IMG/VR virus record: IMGVR_UViG_3300050120_000121
Coordinates: 35,905 to 99,904 of that record
DNA: 64,000 bases
Reading direction: 5' to 3' (one strand)
Source: a virus
This document shows positions 18,870 through 29,987 of the stretch, piece after piece (position 1 is the stretch's first letter; each line of letters begins with the position of its first letter). The position numbers were made by a program, and so were the translations under genes. The notes under the pieces are model-generated. The model was not told the DNA's origin and did not search any database. It saw only the letters and a list, made by a program, of their open reading frames with translations.

Positions 18870-21685
18870 TCACGTCAGATCGACGTTGTACGCTTCGGAC
18901 ATCAGTTTGACTGACTCGGCAGTCCAGTCGTCATTCGCGTCAATTTGCAGATCGACAGGCTGAACTTTGCATCGTTTCGAATAGCGAGCCTTGCGGACAA
19001 ACGGAATCCAGCTTCGAGCGGCGTTCAACTGTCGCCAAACTCGACCAACGCGAATCCATTGACCGTTCTCAAATGAGAGGATCAGGTAGACGGTGATTGT
19101 GCGAATCACTGGTAACATTTCCAGAATCGGCCGAGGTGAAACGAACCATTCAATATCGACACGGGATTACTCGTCGAGTATTCCGCGATTCGGATCAACG
19201 TTTGGTCGACGATTTCCACGACGAGATATGGATATCCGGGTGATAGAAGATGACCCATGTCGATGTCACATTCATGGAAGTTGAAGCAAACGATCTCATC
19301 GCCGATCGAAATTCCGGTTTCGTCGATCAATTCAAGCATCATTTCGGCTCCAATGTTTTCGGCGGAACTGCGTCGGGGATTCGCTGCCAGAGACAATCCA
19401 TCTGATCAACTCGTTTCTGGTAGAAGTCGCTCAATTTTTCGGACAGTCGCCCCCCATCGAACGGATTGAATTCCAGCCGAACAATCGTCGTTGTGCCCAA
19501 ATGAAGCCGATACCACCACCCCGAACCGTCCGGCCGATCCAACCACGGCGCAGGCTGCTGGATGTCGGCATAGCGGACCCATTCGCCGTGCTCCCGTTCA
19601 ACCAAGTCCTGCCAGCCGATGCTCACGACTTCAAGATCGTATTTCTGAATCGTCATTGTGTTTCCCTATTCAATATGCCCACAGTGCGGACAGGTCACGC
19701 CTGCGTTACCGGCACAATCTCGGTTAGCCTCATCGTCCCACGGTTCTCGTTCGGAAAGCTGCTTCTCCAGCTCCGCAATCCGCTCGCGTAGTGGAGCTGT
19801 CGAGAATTCAACAACAACACTGGCCGCGTCTTCATAGGCTTTCTGAACGGAACGCTTCAGTCCGTGCCAACCGATCTTCGGCAGCCCGCTGTACCCTTCA
19901 TAAAGAATTTGACCCGCTGACTTCTCTTCGCTGCTCATTGGCTGGACTTTCCAAAGTTGATGGCATCGACATACATCTTATTGTCACGCACCTTGTAGAA
20001 CGCTTCGAGACGAATTGCCGCCATTTGCCAGTTCAGGATTTTCGGAGTCCAGTTACCATCAGGATCTTCGCCTCTCAGTTCGCACAGCTTTCGTGCGGCA
20101 ACTTCAATCTGCTGGTCGGTCATTCTGAATCCCTGCAAAACGGCTTAATCGCAATCAATCCGAGAAAGAACACGCCATAGAGGATTGGATTTGATGTCGG
20201 CACAATTGAGTATTTCGCGGCGATCCGATCCATCAGGAACATCAGCAATCCGATCGCAGCAAGATAGGAGCAAATCCAGTCTCTCATTTCACTTTCTCCA
20301 GATATTGCGACAGGGTTTGATTCCAGTGGGACTGACAGGCGGCTTTGGCAGAGTCTGCATTGTCGTGAGTTCTCCCATCAACAACGATATCTGACTCCTG
20401 ATTGTCCGCATGAATTGCTTGGCATGTGATGCCAGTTGTTGTTCGGTTAATATCGACACGATACACGCCGTTGATGACTTCACAACGCCAATATTCAGGA
20501 TACGGCAGTTCCCATTGCAGCGGAGCAATGCGATAGAGCGATTCGGTCATTCGACAATCTCCAAGTCAAATTCGCACATCATAACAGTCGAGCCATCGAC
20601 CAATTTAACTTCGACATAGAATTTGCCGAACAGAGACTGAGAGTATGAAAGCACAACGTCACCAATGGTTCCCTCGCGAATGAGAAAATTGTCGGTCCCG
20701 ATGCGACTGTCTCGAATCACGCGAACCATCGAATGTTTTGGAATTCGGCTCATCAAAGCGTCCTTTCGATCTTATGGCGAATCAGGGGTTTGGGGATCGT
20801 CAAGATCGACCGTTTCAGTTCGATTGACGAGTCTTTCAACGGCCGGATTTGACAAAAGAAACTTCTCGCCGGACTTGAGCGTCAGCCATGAATCAACGAT
20901 CGACAAAATGGCATCAGGATGAAAATAGATCGGCCTGCAACCGGAATGTCGAGTGCGGAACAAGATCGACTTTGAAGGCGGTTTCATCAAGATTCCTTTC
21001 GAACTGGTGGCGAAACAAGCAAGTGAGGCATCTTTTCGACAATGTCATCGACTCGCAAAAATCCTTCCAGTCCATCAACCTGAAACAGCCCGAAATAGGC
21101 ATCGAGCCATGTGCATTTCTTGGGACCGGATGGAAATATCGCCGTGAACGTCGAAAAATCAAATCCTTCAGTCTTCGCCAATTGTTGGCAGTCATAAAGA
21201 GAAATCATCAAAGCATCTCCCGAAAATCAGAATCAATCTCGCACACATCCACATCAAATGCCGTCAGGTCCATCTGGAAGCGGTTGCCATAGTGTCGGCA
21301 AATCGCCTGTCAGATCGTCGCCAGTATTATCGAACCAGTGTCCGTCAGTTCCGCAATCACCGTCTTCATCAGCATCGAAGATCCATTGTGCTGTGAAAAC
21401 TCCAGCATCCGCTCGCCAAACAATGATTTGCGTGCCATCTCTCGGGGCTGAATCAAACGACCGCCAACGGTGAACTTCCCACGGAGAAACGCGATTGAAA
21501 CATCCCATGAGATCGTCTGTGGCAACTCCACAATCAGGACAACCCCAAACGTCATGCTCTTTCGGCGAAACTCGTGCAGGAGTGTTGCAGCGTTTGCAGA
21601 AGTAAAGCGGAATCACTTCCCATGAATCAATGAAGGCACATTTGGTAGGCATTTTTCGGTTTGCTTTGAATCGACTCCGCGTCAA
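18870..21685 (-). other. Leftward operon of small hypothetical phage ORFs (21254-21685, 20987-21211, 20772-20990, 20547-20756, 20284-20550, 20120-20287, 19935-20123, 19666-19938, 19339-19656, 19106-19320, 18870-19118)
   Basis: Chain of ATGA-overlapping ORFs; 21254-21685 has W...DSAPRDGT.I...PT.WQPLP (DUF551-like); 20120-20287 is a two-TM peptide absent from the ORF track. Confidence 0.7.
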
Positions 21686-21707
21686 ACGTCAATCAGCTAG
21701 TTTCGGT

Positions 21708-21947
21708 TCACGAGTTTTCTGGAATAACGAAGAATGGAAACTCAATTCGCGACTGTACGGTTTCGTTTGTTGGATCGACGATCCGAACTTCCTTTTTCTC
21801 TCCCTGAGTCGTGCAATAGATTCTCAGAAGCGTAACGGCATATCGAAACACGTCGCAGGTTTTCAGTCCGGTGATGGATTTGAGGCGTTCCAGTTCAGCG
21901 GCAGATTGTTCGTTTAGGTCGATTGTCACTCGCTTGGATGGCATCAA
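21708..21947 (-). CDS. Ribbon-helix-helix-like regulator
   Basis: KRVTIDL...ELERLK...DVFRYAV.L pattern. Confidence 0.6.
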   Translation of the reverse strand: MMPSKRVTIDLNEQSAAELERLKSITGLKTCDVFRYAVTLLRIYCTTQGEKKEVRIVDPTNETVQSRIEFPFFVIPENS

Positions 21948-21964
21948 TGATATTCCTTGTTTCG

Positions 21965-22584
21965 TCAGAATTTTCGGCCGTGCTCTTCCTCATGGCAAGA
22001 CTTGCACATAATCTCCAAGTCGGTTTTTACGTTCTCTTTTCCGAGTCGTTCATACGTCAGGTGATGGCATTGCAGTTTCTTGAATCCGCCGCATCTGTTG
22101 CATTGTTTTCCGTGAATCCCAAACGCTTCGAGTCGCTTAATCTTCCATCTATCGGATCTCATGTATGCAATGTAAAACGGAGAAAAATTCGGTGTCGGTT
22201 GACTCGTTTTTCCGCCAGCACGTTGCTTCGAGCCGTTGCATTGTCGGTCCCGCTTCGCTTGCCTCCGCTGAAAACGATCTTGGATTTTGCATCCCCACAG
22301 CAGCAATTTCTCTCCCGAAAGACCCTTCGGCGGTTTGTATTTCTGTCCGTCAATTACGACAAAATCAGGAGTTCCAATTTCTGGTATGCATAGGCGAGAC
22401 TTTCGAAATGCGAGCTTGTCCTGTTGTTTCTGAATCTTCCTTTGCTGTTTTCGAGAGACAAAGGCTGGCTCTGGAGGCAGGAGTATCGGGGATTGCTCCG
22501 CTCGTTTAAATCGAGCATTATTCGCGGCAATCTTTTCCGCTGAGAAGTGCTTGACGATGGAGTATGGTTCCAATCGCCTTGAAC
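21965..22584 (-). pseudogene. 3' part of phage HNH gene split by the IS4 cargo transposon
   Basis: Y..YMRSDRW..KR, CNRCG, LQCHHLTYERLG.E...DL...CKSCH; joins in frame to 28127-28195 across the target duplication. Confidence 0.85.
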
Positions 22585-22769
22585 GAATGGCACTAGGATA
22601 AGGAAATTCCTCCCCCCTCGCCAATCCCGCGGCCGACATTCCTGCCCGCGGATCGACCCCCTACTCTTCAGCCTCACTCCCAATTGGTGGCGAACGTGAA
22701 ATCCGCGGGATACGATCAAATGGAACGTCTCAAACGATGAGCCACCATTCTCGTTCCATCGGATGCCTG

Positions 22770-24485
22770 ATGCCCACCCATCTCGTCAACCTCGATGCGC
22801 TCGTGCAACGCCAGGATTTTCGACACGGTTCGGACGAACCACCGCAACGCAACCGATTGAGCAGCGAAATCAAAATCGGGGAACTGGAAAGCAATTTCTT
22901 CCATCTTCTCAAAAAGCCGGATTTCCAACGAACGACGAACAACTGGTCATCCAATCGGATCATGGAATTCGTCAAGAGTTTCGTTGATGGAGATTTGATC
23001 CCATCCATCATCATGTGGTGGTCGCAAGACACAGGAACTGCATTCGTCATCGACGGGGCGCACCGGATGAGTGCTCTCGCGGCATGGGTTCATGATGATT
23101 ACGGAGACGGGGCCATTTCGCGAGCGTTCTGGAAATCGAACATTCCCGCGGCTCAGAAGAAACTCGCCGAAGCAACGAAGTTGCTGATTGATCGGGAGAT
23201 CGGGCAGTATCAGAAGCTGAAGCGTCTTGTTCAGGATAATCCCGCGGGAAGCGACCCTGTCATGCTGGCACGGGCTAAGAATATGGCGACATTCAAGATC
23301 GACCTGCAATGGGTCGAAGGGAGCGCGGAAACCGCGGAGCGATCTTTCTTCCGAATCAATTGCAGTGCCAGCATCATCGACCGCACCGAACTGGAAATCA
23401 TCAAGTCACGTCGGAAGCCAAATGCGATTGCGACCCGAGCATTAATGAATGCAGGCACGGGACACCGCTATTGGTCAGGATTCTCCGATGAAGTTGGCGA
23501 CGAGATTGAAAAACTGTCGAAGGAAATCGCGGTCAGCCTGTTCCAGCCGATCTTGGAAACGCCCGTAAAGACAATGGATTTGCCCATCGCGGGACAAGGG
23601 TATTCATCGAGTGCGTTCCAAGTCGTTTTCGATCTGGTGAATCAAGTCAATGGGGTCGCATCGTCGAAGCGAGCCCCGCGGATGCCGAAGGAAAGGAAAG
23701 TCGATCATTCAGTCGTTGCAGAGGATTCGGAGGAAGACGAAGTTCCCGCGGATGAGATCGCCGCGGACAATAGTCTTCCCGACGACAAGGACGGCAAGCA
23801 AACAATCGCCTATCTGAATGCCGTCAAGCGTGCCGCCCTATTGGTGTCGGGAAGCAAGGGTGGATCTCTCGGGCTTCATCCGGTGGTATATTACTACGGA
23901 AAGACTGGGCGATTCCAATCATCCGCATTGCTGTCGACGATCAAGTTTGTGGAGGAACTGAAAAAGGAAAACCGCCTCGCTGAATTTACGCAGCATCGCA
24001 ATGATTTCGAGGAATACCTCGTTCATCACCGCCATTTCGTGAACAGTCTCGTTCACACGTATGGAAGCCGATACCGGTCGGTCGACGCATTGGTGACGAT
24101 GTACCGAATCATTCTCGCCCAAGTGATGGAAGGAAACGTGGATCACGACAAGATCACGCAAAAGCTGATCGGCGATTCGGCGCTGAGTTCATTAAGAGCG
24201 GCCATCGTTCCGAAGAAATCCCGCGGGAACAAGGAAAGTTCAAAACTCTCCGCCGCGGATCGGAGTGCCGCATTTCTCGCGACGGCAATCAATGGTGCCC
24301 CGCGGTGTTCAATTTGCAAAGCACGACTGCATTTGAGGGGTGTCAGCATCGACCACGAAAAGCGCAGGCAAGACGGCGGCACGAACGATGTCAGCAATTT
24401 GAATCCGACGCATGCCTACTGCAATTCTGGATTCAAGGAAAAGAAACACCGCGAAACGAAGAAAAAAGCCGCGGACAAGTCGTAA
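22770..24485 (+). CDS. DUF262 (ParB-like) + HNH protein, GmrSD-like nuclease
   Basis: PDFQR...W, IPSII, VIDGAHR, FFRIN motifs; C-terminal CSIC...IDH...GG...N...H..CN. Confidence 0.82.
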   Translation: MPTHLVNLDALVQRQDFRHGSDEPPQRNRLSSEIKIGELESNFFHLLKKPDFQRTTNNWSSNRIMEFVKSFVDGDLIPSIIMWWSQDTGTAFVIDGAHRMSALAAWVHDDYGDGAISRAFWKSNIPAAQKKLAEATKLLIDREIGQYQKLKRLVQDNPAGSDPVMLARAKNMATFKIDLQWVEGSAETAERSFFRINCSASIIDRTELEIIKSRRKPNAIATRALMNAGTGHRYWSGFSDEVGDEIEKLSKEIAVSLFQPILETPVKTMDLPIAGQGYSSSAFQVVFDLVNQVNGVASSKRAPRMPKERKVDHSVVAEDSEEDEVPADEIAADNSLPDDKDGKQTIAYLNAVKRAALLVSGSKGGSLGLHPVVYYYGKTGRFQSSALLSTIKFVEELKKENRLAEFTQHRNDFEEYLVHHRHFVNSLVHTYGSRYRSVDALVTMYRIILAQVMEGNVDHDKITQKLIGDSALSSLRAAIVPKKSRGNKESSKLSAADRSAAFLATAINGAPRCSICKARLHLRGVSIDHEKRRQDGGTNDVSNLNPTHAYCNSGFKEKKHRETKKKAADKS

Positions 24486-24511
24486 TGGCTTTATCTATAA
24501 ACAGTACCCGT

Positions 24512-24985
24512 TCAACACGTCCTGCGGCAATTCTGTTTCGGCATCCCATCAGTCTCCAATTTACAAACAGGCTTTCCAGCAGACGGCGGAGCATCCTTCG
24601 CCATCTTGAGTATCTTTTCGACTTCCTTCCGCTCTATGTCGCTCAGATCATTGACAAGGAATCTCGGTGCGGGATGCGTGTAGAATCGTTTGGCGAGAAC
24701 TGGAGCCAAATGTCGGAAGTCCTGTCCCTCAGAGTCCCAAAGAATAAAGCGATCGAACATCACGACAGGGCCACAAATTCCGACATTCTTTACGTGTGGA
24801 CCGATTCCAATCCAAGTCAATTTGTTTGCAATTCCCGTCAGAACCGGTTCTCGACTATCTCCTCCGATTCCAATTACTGCTTCAAAAAGAATGCTGCGCA
24901 CTTGTCCCATGCAATCACGCAGACCGAAGCGCCCCTGTTTGTCTGGGTCGCCGGTGTGTGTTCGCTTATAGATGAGCGTTCGCAT
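24512..24985 (-). CDS. Hypothetical cargo protein (YKRTH.GDPD...DCMG.VR)
   Basis: Globular ORF convergent with the DUF262-HNH gene; probable start MRTLIYKRTH. Confidence 0.6.
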   Translation of the reverse strand: MRTLIYKRTHTGDPDKQGRFGLRDCMGQVRSILFEAVIGIGGDSREPVLTGIANKLTWIGIGPHVKNVGICGPVVMFDRFILWDSEGQDFRHLAPVLAKRFYTHPAPRFLVNDLSDIERKEVEKILKMAKDAPPSAGKPVCKLETDGMPKQNCRRTC

Positions 24986-25583
24986 TCGTTCCGCCTTTAT
25001 TCGCCGACAATTTAACACGGCGAAACGCGCCACGTTTCGCGGCATGCGGATTCTACCAGAAGCCGACCATCGTTCGCGATGCGTCGGCTTTTTTCGTTTG
25101 CGGATCATTCACACAGATATTTGAGTGCTCATCAATTCGTCCATAATTCCTGAATATCCACGTCTCTAATTGACCAAGAGACCGTTTTTTCGCATGCAAT
25201 TGCGATAACCATCGCTCATTGAAATTATTTCGCTCCTCTTCCGAGGTTCGTACACTCTCCACATCACTGGTGAAATACCGTCAACATCCTTGTGCGGTGA
25301 TCGTCCGCCAATTCGCATCGGATAATTATTTTTCGCTCGCTGGATGCTTCTCTGTACTCTGATGGAATGCGGCCATCATCTGGTCGCGGCGTTTTTCGTT
25401 TATTTCGATCACCTTTCATGTTGTCGGAAGAGGACCAATGTCAGAAAATTTTTGCAGTCGCAGCGATTCTTCCGAAAATTCCGCTTCCCTCGCGAAACTT
25501 GCAGTGGTAAAAGATGAGTCGCAAGAACGTGAAATGTATTTCACGTCAGGCATAATGTGACAGGATTGAACGGAGGGAAACCA

Positions 25584-25982
25584 ATGGCCGACGACGACAT
25601 GATGGCCAAAATCATCGACAAGCGTGCGAAACTGGTGGAACATATCGAGAAGATGCAGCTCAGATTATCCGTCTATGACGAACTGCTGGCGGAAAGCGGG
25701 GAAGATCTGAATTCAGGCGGAAATCCGGCCGCCAGCACGGAAAAGAAAATCGGCCCTACAGAACACGTCCTGAAACTGTTGGGCGAACACCCAGATGGAA
25801 TGACTCTAACAGAGATCATCGACGCGCCAGCGACTCGTGTTGAGAGCGAGTCCAAAGATCCGAAGGCCAATATCCGCAGCACGGTGACATACATGCTCCG
25901 AGCCGAGAGGCTGCAAAAGAACACGACAACCGACAAAATCACGATCAAGCCAAAAACCGTGAAACCGCCCAGTGAAGCGTGA
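25584..25982 (+). CDS. Coiled coil + winged-helix-like protein
   Basis: VLKLL.EHPDGMTLTEI...NIRSTV..M pattern; GGAGG RBS. Confidence 0.6.
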   Translation: MADDDMMAKIIDKRAKLVEHIEKMQLRLSVYDELLAESGEDLNSGGNPAASTEKKIGPTEHVLKLLGEHPDGMTLTEIIDAPATRVESESKDPKANIRSTVTYMLRAERLQKNTTTDKITIKPKTVKPPSEA

Positions 25983-26295
25983 TGATCCGAATCTTGACAC
26001 GAACATGAACGCGAGGTGCATGATGGACAAAAAATAAAACCCCAAGTCGCAAGGTGCGATCAAGGGGCTCCGATCGAAAGTCCCATTTTGATTCCACTCG
26101 GACCAACATGCTTTTGGGAAAGGGCAGGTCTGAGCGGGTCTAGCTAGGCACCCACGATGTCTGCGGTAATTCGCGGCTTTGCACCGTCGTTTTGGTTTTT
26201 CCTCAGTCGAAGGCAATATCGGTCTCAGACCGGTCAAGGATGCACGCAATTGTGATGTATCGTAGCTTTTCACTGGACCGAAATCCAGAACGTTT

Positions 26296-26508
26296 TTAGT
26301 CAGGGATGGCTTTGGTCGCTGATGCCTTTTTCTTTTCTTTCTTCGCGGCTTGCTTTAGGCGGTCGCGAATCCATTTGGAAAGATCGAGCCCAGCGATCTT
26401 GGCCGCATCCTCAAATTCCTGACGCTCTGACGTATCGACCCGAACTATGACATGGGCGTCTTTACGCTCGTCATCGTCTTTCGCCGGTCTTCCACGTGAT
26501 TTCGCCAT
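26296..26508 (-). CDS. Ribbon-helix-helix regulator divergent from the transposase
   Basis: RGRP, VIVRV...E...F..AA...GLDLSKWIRDRL. Confidence 0.75.
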   Translation of the reverse strand: MAKSRGRPAKDDDERKDAHVIVRVDTSERQEFEDAAKIAGLDLSKWIRDRLKQAAKKEKKKASATKAIPD

Positions 26509-26732
26509 GCTCGCATTGTAATCCGAAAAATCATTTCGTCAACAGATGTTTCCGATTGACTTCGGTGATTAAACGGATTACAATTAATCCCGTTGGAACG
26601 CCAATTCCGACATAAGAAAAACCCCGCTTCGACGCCAATCGAAACGGGGTTCCAGATCAAACCGGCGAACCGGAATGCCCTGTAAGCAATCGCATTCTAT
26701 GGATTCGCCCAAGTCAAGAAAAGGACGAATCC

Positions 26733-28118
26733 ATGCCGCGAAAAGACTTCAAGGCTGTGCGTGACACTTTTGCGAACGATAGCGGACTTCCGTTCGGCCG
26801 CATTCTCACCCGCGATCATGTCGTGGGCGTGCTCGAATCCGAAGGACACAAATACCGTCAGCGAGTGTTCTGCCCGTTGGTCACGCTTTGGGCGTGGCTA
26901 AGCCAATCTCTCAGTCAGGACAAATCATTGAATGAGGCGGTCAGTCGCATTCTGGCACATCGCGTTGCAACCGGATTGCCAGCATGCTCAGCCTCGTCGT
27001 CAAGTTACACTGACGCCCGCATTCGATTTCCGCTGCCAGTGTTGATTCGACTTGCAAAAGAGATCGGGCGAAAGGTTCACAACTCTGCCGACGAGGCATG
27101 GCATTGGCGCGGACGAGAAGTGTTCCTTGCCGATGGCACCACTCTTTCGATGCCTGACACTGAGAAAAACCAGTTGAAGTACCCTCAAGTCAAAACTGTC
27201 GCCGCGGGACTTGGGTTTCCGATTATGCGGTCGGTTGCATTAATCTCCTTGTCGACGGGTGCTGTCATGGATTTTTCATGTGGTCCATTCGAAGGGAAAG
27301 GCACGGGTGAGGGTGCTCTGTTGCGACAGACGCTCGATACGATGAATCGCGGTGATATTCTTGTCGCAGATCGGTATTACCCAAGCTATCGCACGTTGTC
27401 CGCCTTACTGCCCCGCGGAATCGACCTCGTGTCGATCAGTAACGCGTCACGAATCGTCGACTTCACGGAAGGATTTCAACTGGGCGACAACGATCACATC
27501 GTAACGTGGTATAAGCCGACGCGACCCGCGGGGATCGGCGACGAAGAATTCGCGGCGTTTCCAGACACGATCTGCGTCCGGGAGTTTCTTATAGATGTCG
27601 AGTCTCGCGACGGAGGGACCGAACAGGCAATCGTTGTCAGTACGTTGACCGATCCAACAATTCCGCAGGAAGAGATTTCGAATCTGTACTGGAAACGATG
27701 GAATTGTGAACTGGACTTGAGGTCAATCAAATCCAGCATGCATATGGATATTCTCCGCGGGAAAACGCCAGAAATGGTGCAAAAGGAAATCTATGCCCAC
27801 TTGTTGGCTTACAATCTGATCCGCGGGACGATGACGGAATCGGCCAAGAGAACGGGACTCATTCCGCGGCAACTGAGTGTAAAGGGCTGCATGCAAGCCG
27901 TCGAATCATTCACTCCTGCAATGATGGCGACATCCGCGGGAGATGTTCTGTATGATGCCCTGCTGACGACCGTTTCGGCTCATCGCGTGGGAAATCGGCC
28001 GGGACGATTGGAACCGCGGGTTAAGAAACGTCGTGATCCGTGGGCGAAATCGAAGATGAAAAAACCCCGAAACGAGTACCGGAGACGTTTGGCGAAAGAC
28101 GCGAAAACCTTATCCTAG
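26733..28118 (+). CDS. IS4-family DDE transposase
   Basis: VFLADGT, ILVADRYY, LY..RW.CE...RSIK (YREK); stop codon lies inside the right IR. Confidence 0.93.
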   Translation: MPRKDFKAVRDTFANDSGLPFGRILTRDHVVGVLESEGHKYRQRVFCPLVTLWAWLSQSLSQDKSLNEAVSRILAHRVATGLPACSASSSSYTDARIRFPLPVLIRLAKEIGRKVHNSADEAWHWRGREVFLADGTTLSMPDTEKNQLKYPQVKTVAAGLGFPIMRSVALISLSTGAVMDFSCGPFEGKGTGEGALLRQTLDTMNRGDILVADRYYPSYRTLSALLPRGIDLVSISNASRIVDFTEGFQLGDNDHIVTWYKPTRPAGIGDEEFAAFPDTICVREFLIDVESRDGGTEQAIVVSTLTDPTIPQEEISNLYWKRWNCELDLRSIKSSMHMDILRGKTPEMVQKEIYAHLLAYNLIRGTMTESAKRTGLIPRQLSVKGCMQAVESFTPAMMATSAGDVLYDALLTTVSAHRVGNRPGRLEPRVKKRRDPWAKSKMKKPRNEYRRRLAKDAKTLS

Positions 28119-28126
28119 TGCCATTC

Positions 28127-28195
28127 TCGCCTTGAACCGACGAGTTTTGGAGTTCGAAGAAATCTCTCTAGTCGACTTGATGATTGCGGTTCCAT
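28127..28195 (-). pseudogene. 5' part (MEPQSSSRLERFLRTPKLVGSRR) of the interrupted HNH gene
   Basis: ATG at 28195-28193; frame continues into LEPYSIVK... at 22573 once the transposon is removed. Confidence 0.8.
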
Positions 28196-28465
28196 CCTTG
28201 CGGTCCAAAAAAGCCAAAGCCCCGCAGCGGTCGTGAGGCGACACATTGCAGGGCTTCAGGTTCCGCCGAAGCGGGATGAATCAGATTCCATCAAGTTGCC
28301 TCACAACTCGACGACGCGGCTTTGCAGAGGCTCCGCAGGCTCCAGAGGGGTTGGGTTTTGATTACATGATTCCTCCCAGAATGAAAACCGCCGTTTTATC
28401 TGAACCGGCGAAACCGATGATGGATACCCATTGTCGCAGGATGTGGCGATTATCCGCCGAGTCTG

Positions 28466-28933
28466 ATGATTGTCAAACGCAATCCGCATCACTTCGGATC
28501 ACGAGAAACCGATCCCGTATCGGCAGATTGCCGAAAGTCGCTATATTTCCATCTGAGAAAGACTCTCGCACCACTGGAAAGGATTCCCACATTGTCACGA
28601 AGCGTTTTAAGGGAGGTTGTCCACGATCTATTCCAAGGTCGCTGCTGCTGGTGTGGGAAAAGGGTGTTTCTCAGCAAAGCGACGAAAAAAGGACATCTGC
28701 GACATGACGCATCAACCGTTGACCATGTCGACCAGCGAAACGACGGCAACCGAAAAGCACGTTGCCGAGTTGTGTGCTCATGTCACCAATGCAATCAAAA
28801 GCGAAGTCACGATTCATACTGCTGCCTACTGAAAGTCACTGAGCGACCTGCCGACGTTGTGCCTGACGGAATGCCTGTTTTGTGGGTGGACGAGGCGGAT
28901 GAGTTGATTCTCGATCAGTTTCAGGCGAGATGA
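28466..28933 (+). CDS. HNH endonuclease
   Basis: CCWCG...STVDHV...G...VCSCHQCN.KR; start uncertain. Confidence 0.75.
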   Translation: MIVKRNPHHFGSRETDPVSADCRKSLYFHLRKTLAPLERIPTLSRSVLREVVHDLFQGRCCWCGKRVFLSKATKKGHLRHDASTVDHVDQRNDGNRKARCRVVCSCHQCNQKRSHDSYCCLLKVTERPADVVPDGMPVLWVDEADELILDQFQAR

Positions 28934-28960
28934 TTTCGACAATTTTCGGAAATCTTGTGA

Positions 28961-29056
28961 AATAGTATTGACGAAACAAATAAACGTCGATACTATCTCT
29001 CATGTGACGTGTGCGAAACGTTGCGGCTCTTAACTCTTGCGAAAGACGAAAACATG
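28961..29056 (+). promoter_or_regulatory. 96-bp promoter-leader-start module, copy A
   Basis: TTGACG(28968)-17 bp-TACTAT(28991) inside inverted repeat ATAGTATTGACG/CGTCGATACTAT; 93/96 identical to 44969-45064. Confidence 0.88.
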
Positions 29057-29452
29057 ACGACAAAAACTGCAAAACGATTCCAAGTCGGACAGGAAATCTT
29101 CCAGGTCAGCGAATGGAGCGAAACGCAGATCGGTGATCGCAAGCACAACCGCGTTCAAGCCGTTCGTGTCGAATATCGAGTTCATTCGCGAATCGTTGAC
29201 GCATGTGGAAAAAAACAAATCACGTTTGTTGAACGAGATGAACGCAAAATTACCGACTATGTGCTCGGTCGACGACACGACGCCGATTCATGCGTGCTGT
29301 TCGCGACAAAAGATGAAGCGTTTGCCGAAATTGCTCGGATGATCGAAGAAAAGAAATCAAGCATAGCTGATCGGGTCGCTCGTGAACCTGAGTGGTTCGG
29401 GTTGCAAGCGAACAACGAATACTTCGTCAATCAAACCGTGTTCGTCGGGTAA
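29054..29452 (+). CDS. Hypothetical early protein
   Basis: ATG is the end of the repeated promoter module. Confidence 0.7.
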   Translation: MTTKTAKRFQVGQEIFQVSEWSETQIGDRKHNRVQAVRVEYRVHSRIVDACGKKQITFVERDERKITDYVLGRRHDADSCVLFATKDEAFAEIARMIEEKKSSIADRVAREPEWFGLQANNEYFVNQTVFVG

Positions 29453-29950
29453 TTCCGAATCTCAACTGGGGCGAGTCACTGATTCGCCCCGTGTTTTATC
29501 TCTCAAACTGAAAGAAATTGCCATCCTTTGAAGATACTGACCTCGATCTGCATTCGGACGCCAATGCGTATCGGGGAATGTTAAACGAGGGCTTCGAAGT
29601 CTTCGATGATGAACTTGGCGTTGCACGTCGTGTCCACTTGGTGAGCCATCGAGAAGATCCCAGTGTTGGCGTAACCTCATCCGCATACTGGCTTTTAGAG
29701 AAAGTAGGAGACATCGAACCATTATGAATTCCGCCACTTTGGAAACCATGCAGCGAATCATCGAGCAGATTTGCCCGCCGAAGCCGACGAACTGGATCTG
29801 GCGTGGGAAGGATCGAAAGTCCGTAAGATTTGGTCTTACTGAAGTTCAGGCACGTTCCCTGCAACTTCAGTACGGTGGCGAAACGGAGCGACAGGCGTGA
29901 CACTTGAGCAAATCCCATACGAAACGGTCAAGCGATTATCGCAAGCGAAA

Positions 29951-29987
29951 TACATTCCGGCGGGATACATTCCGGCGGGATACATTC
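29951..29987 (+). repeat. 15-bp tandem duplication TACATTCCGGCGGGA (about 2.5 copies) in ORF 29897-30112
   Basis: Encodes YIPAGYIPAGYI. Confidence 0.85.

Larger units (their letters stand above)
22585..28126. mobile_element. 5.54-kb IS4-family cargo transposon
   Basis: 19-bp perfect terminal IR GAATGGCACTAGGATAAGG (22585-22603 / 28108-28126); 11-bp target duplication TCGCCTTGAAC (22574-22584 / 28127-28137). Confidence 0.93.

Noticed and set aside
22585-22639. N-terminus of ORF 21965-22639 as the genuine HNH start
   Set aside because: It is read from the transposon's left end; the true start is at 28195.
25053-25420. Additional cargo gene in the IS4 transposon
   Set aside because: Only short broken frames without convincing motifs.
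26672-26690. GAATGCCCTGTAAG as the IS4 left IR
   Set aside because: Only the first few bases match the right IR and no target duplication flanks it; the perfect IR and duplication are at 22574-22603.
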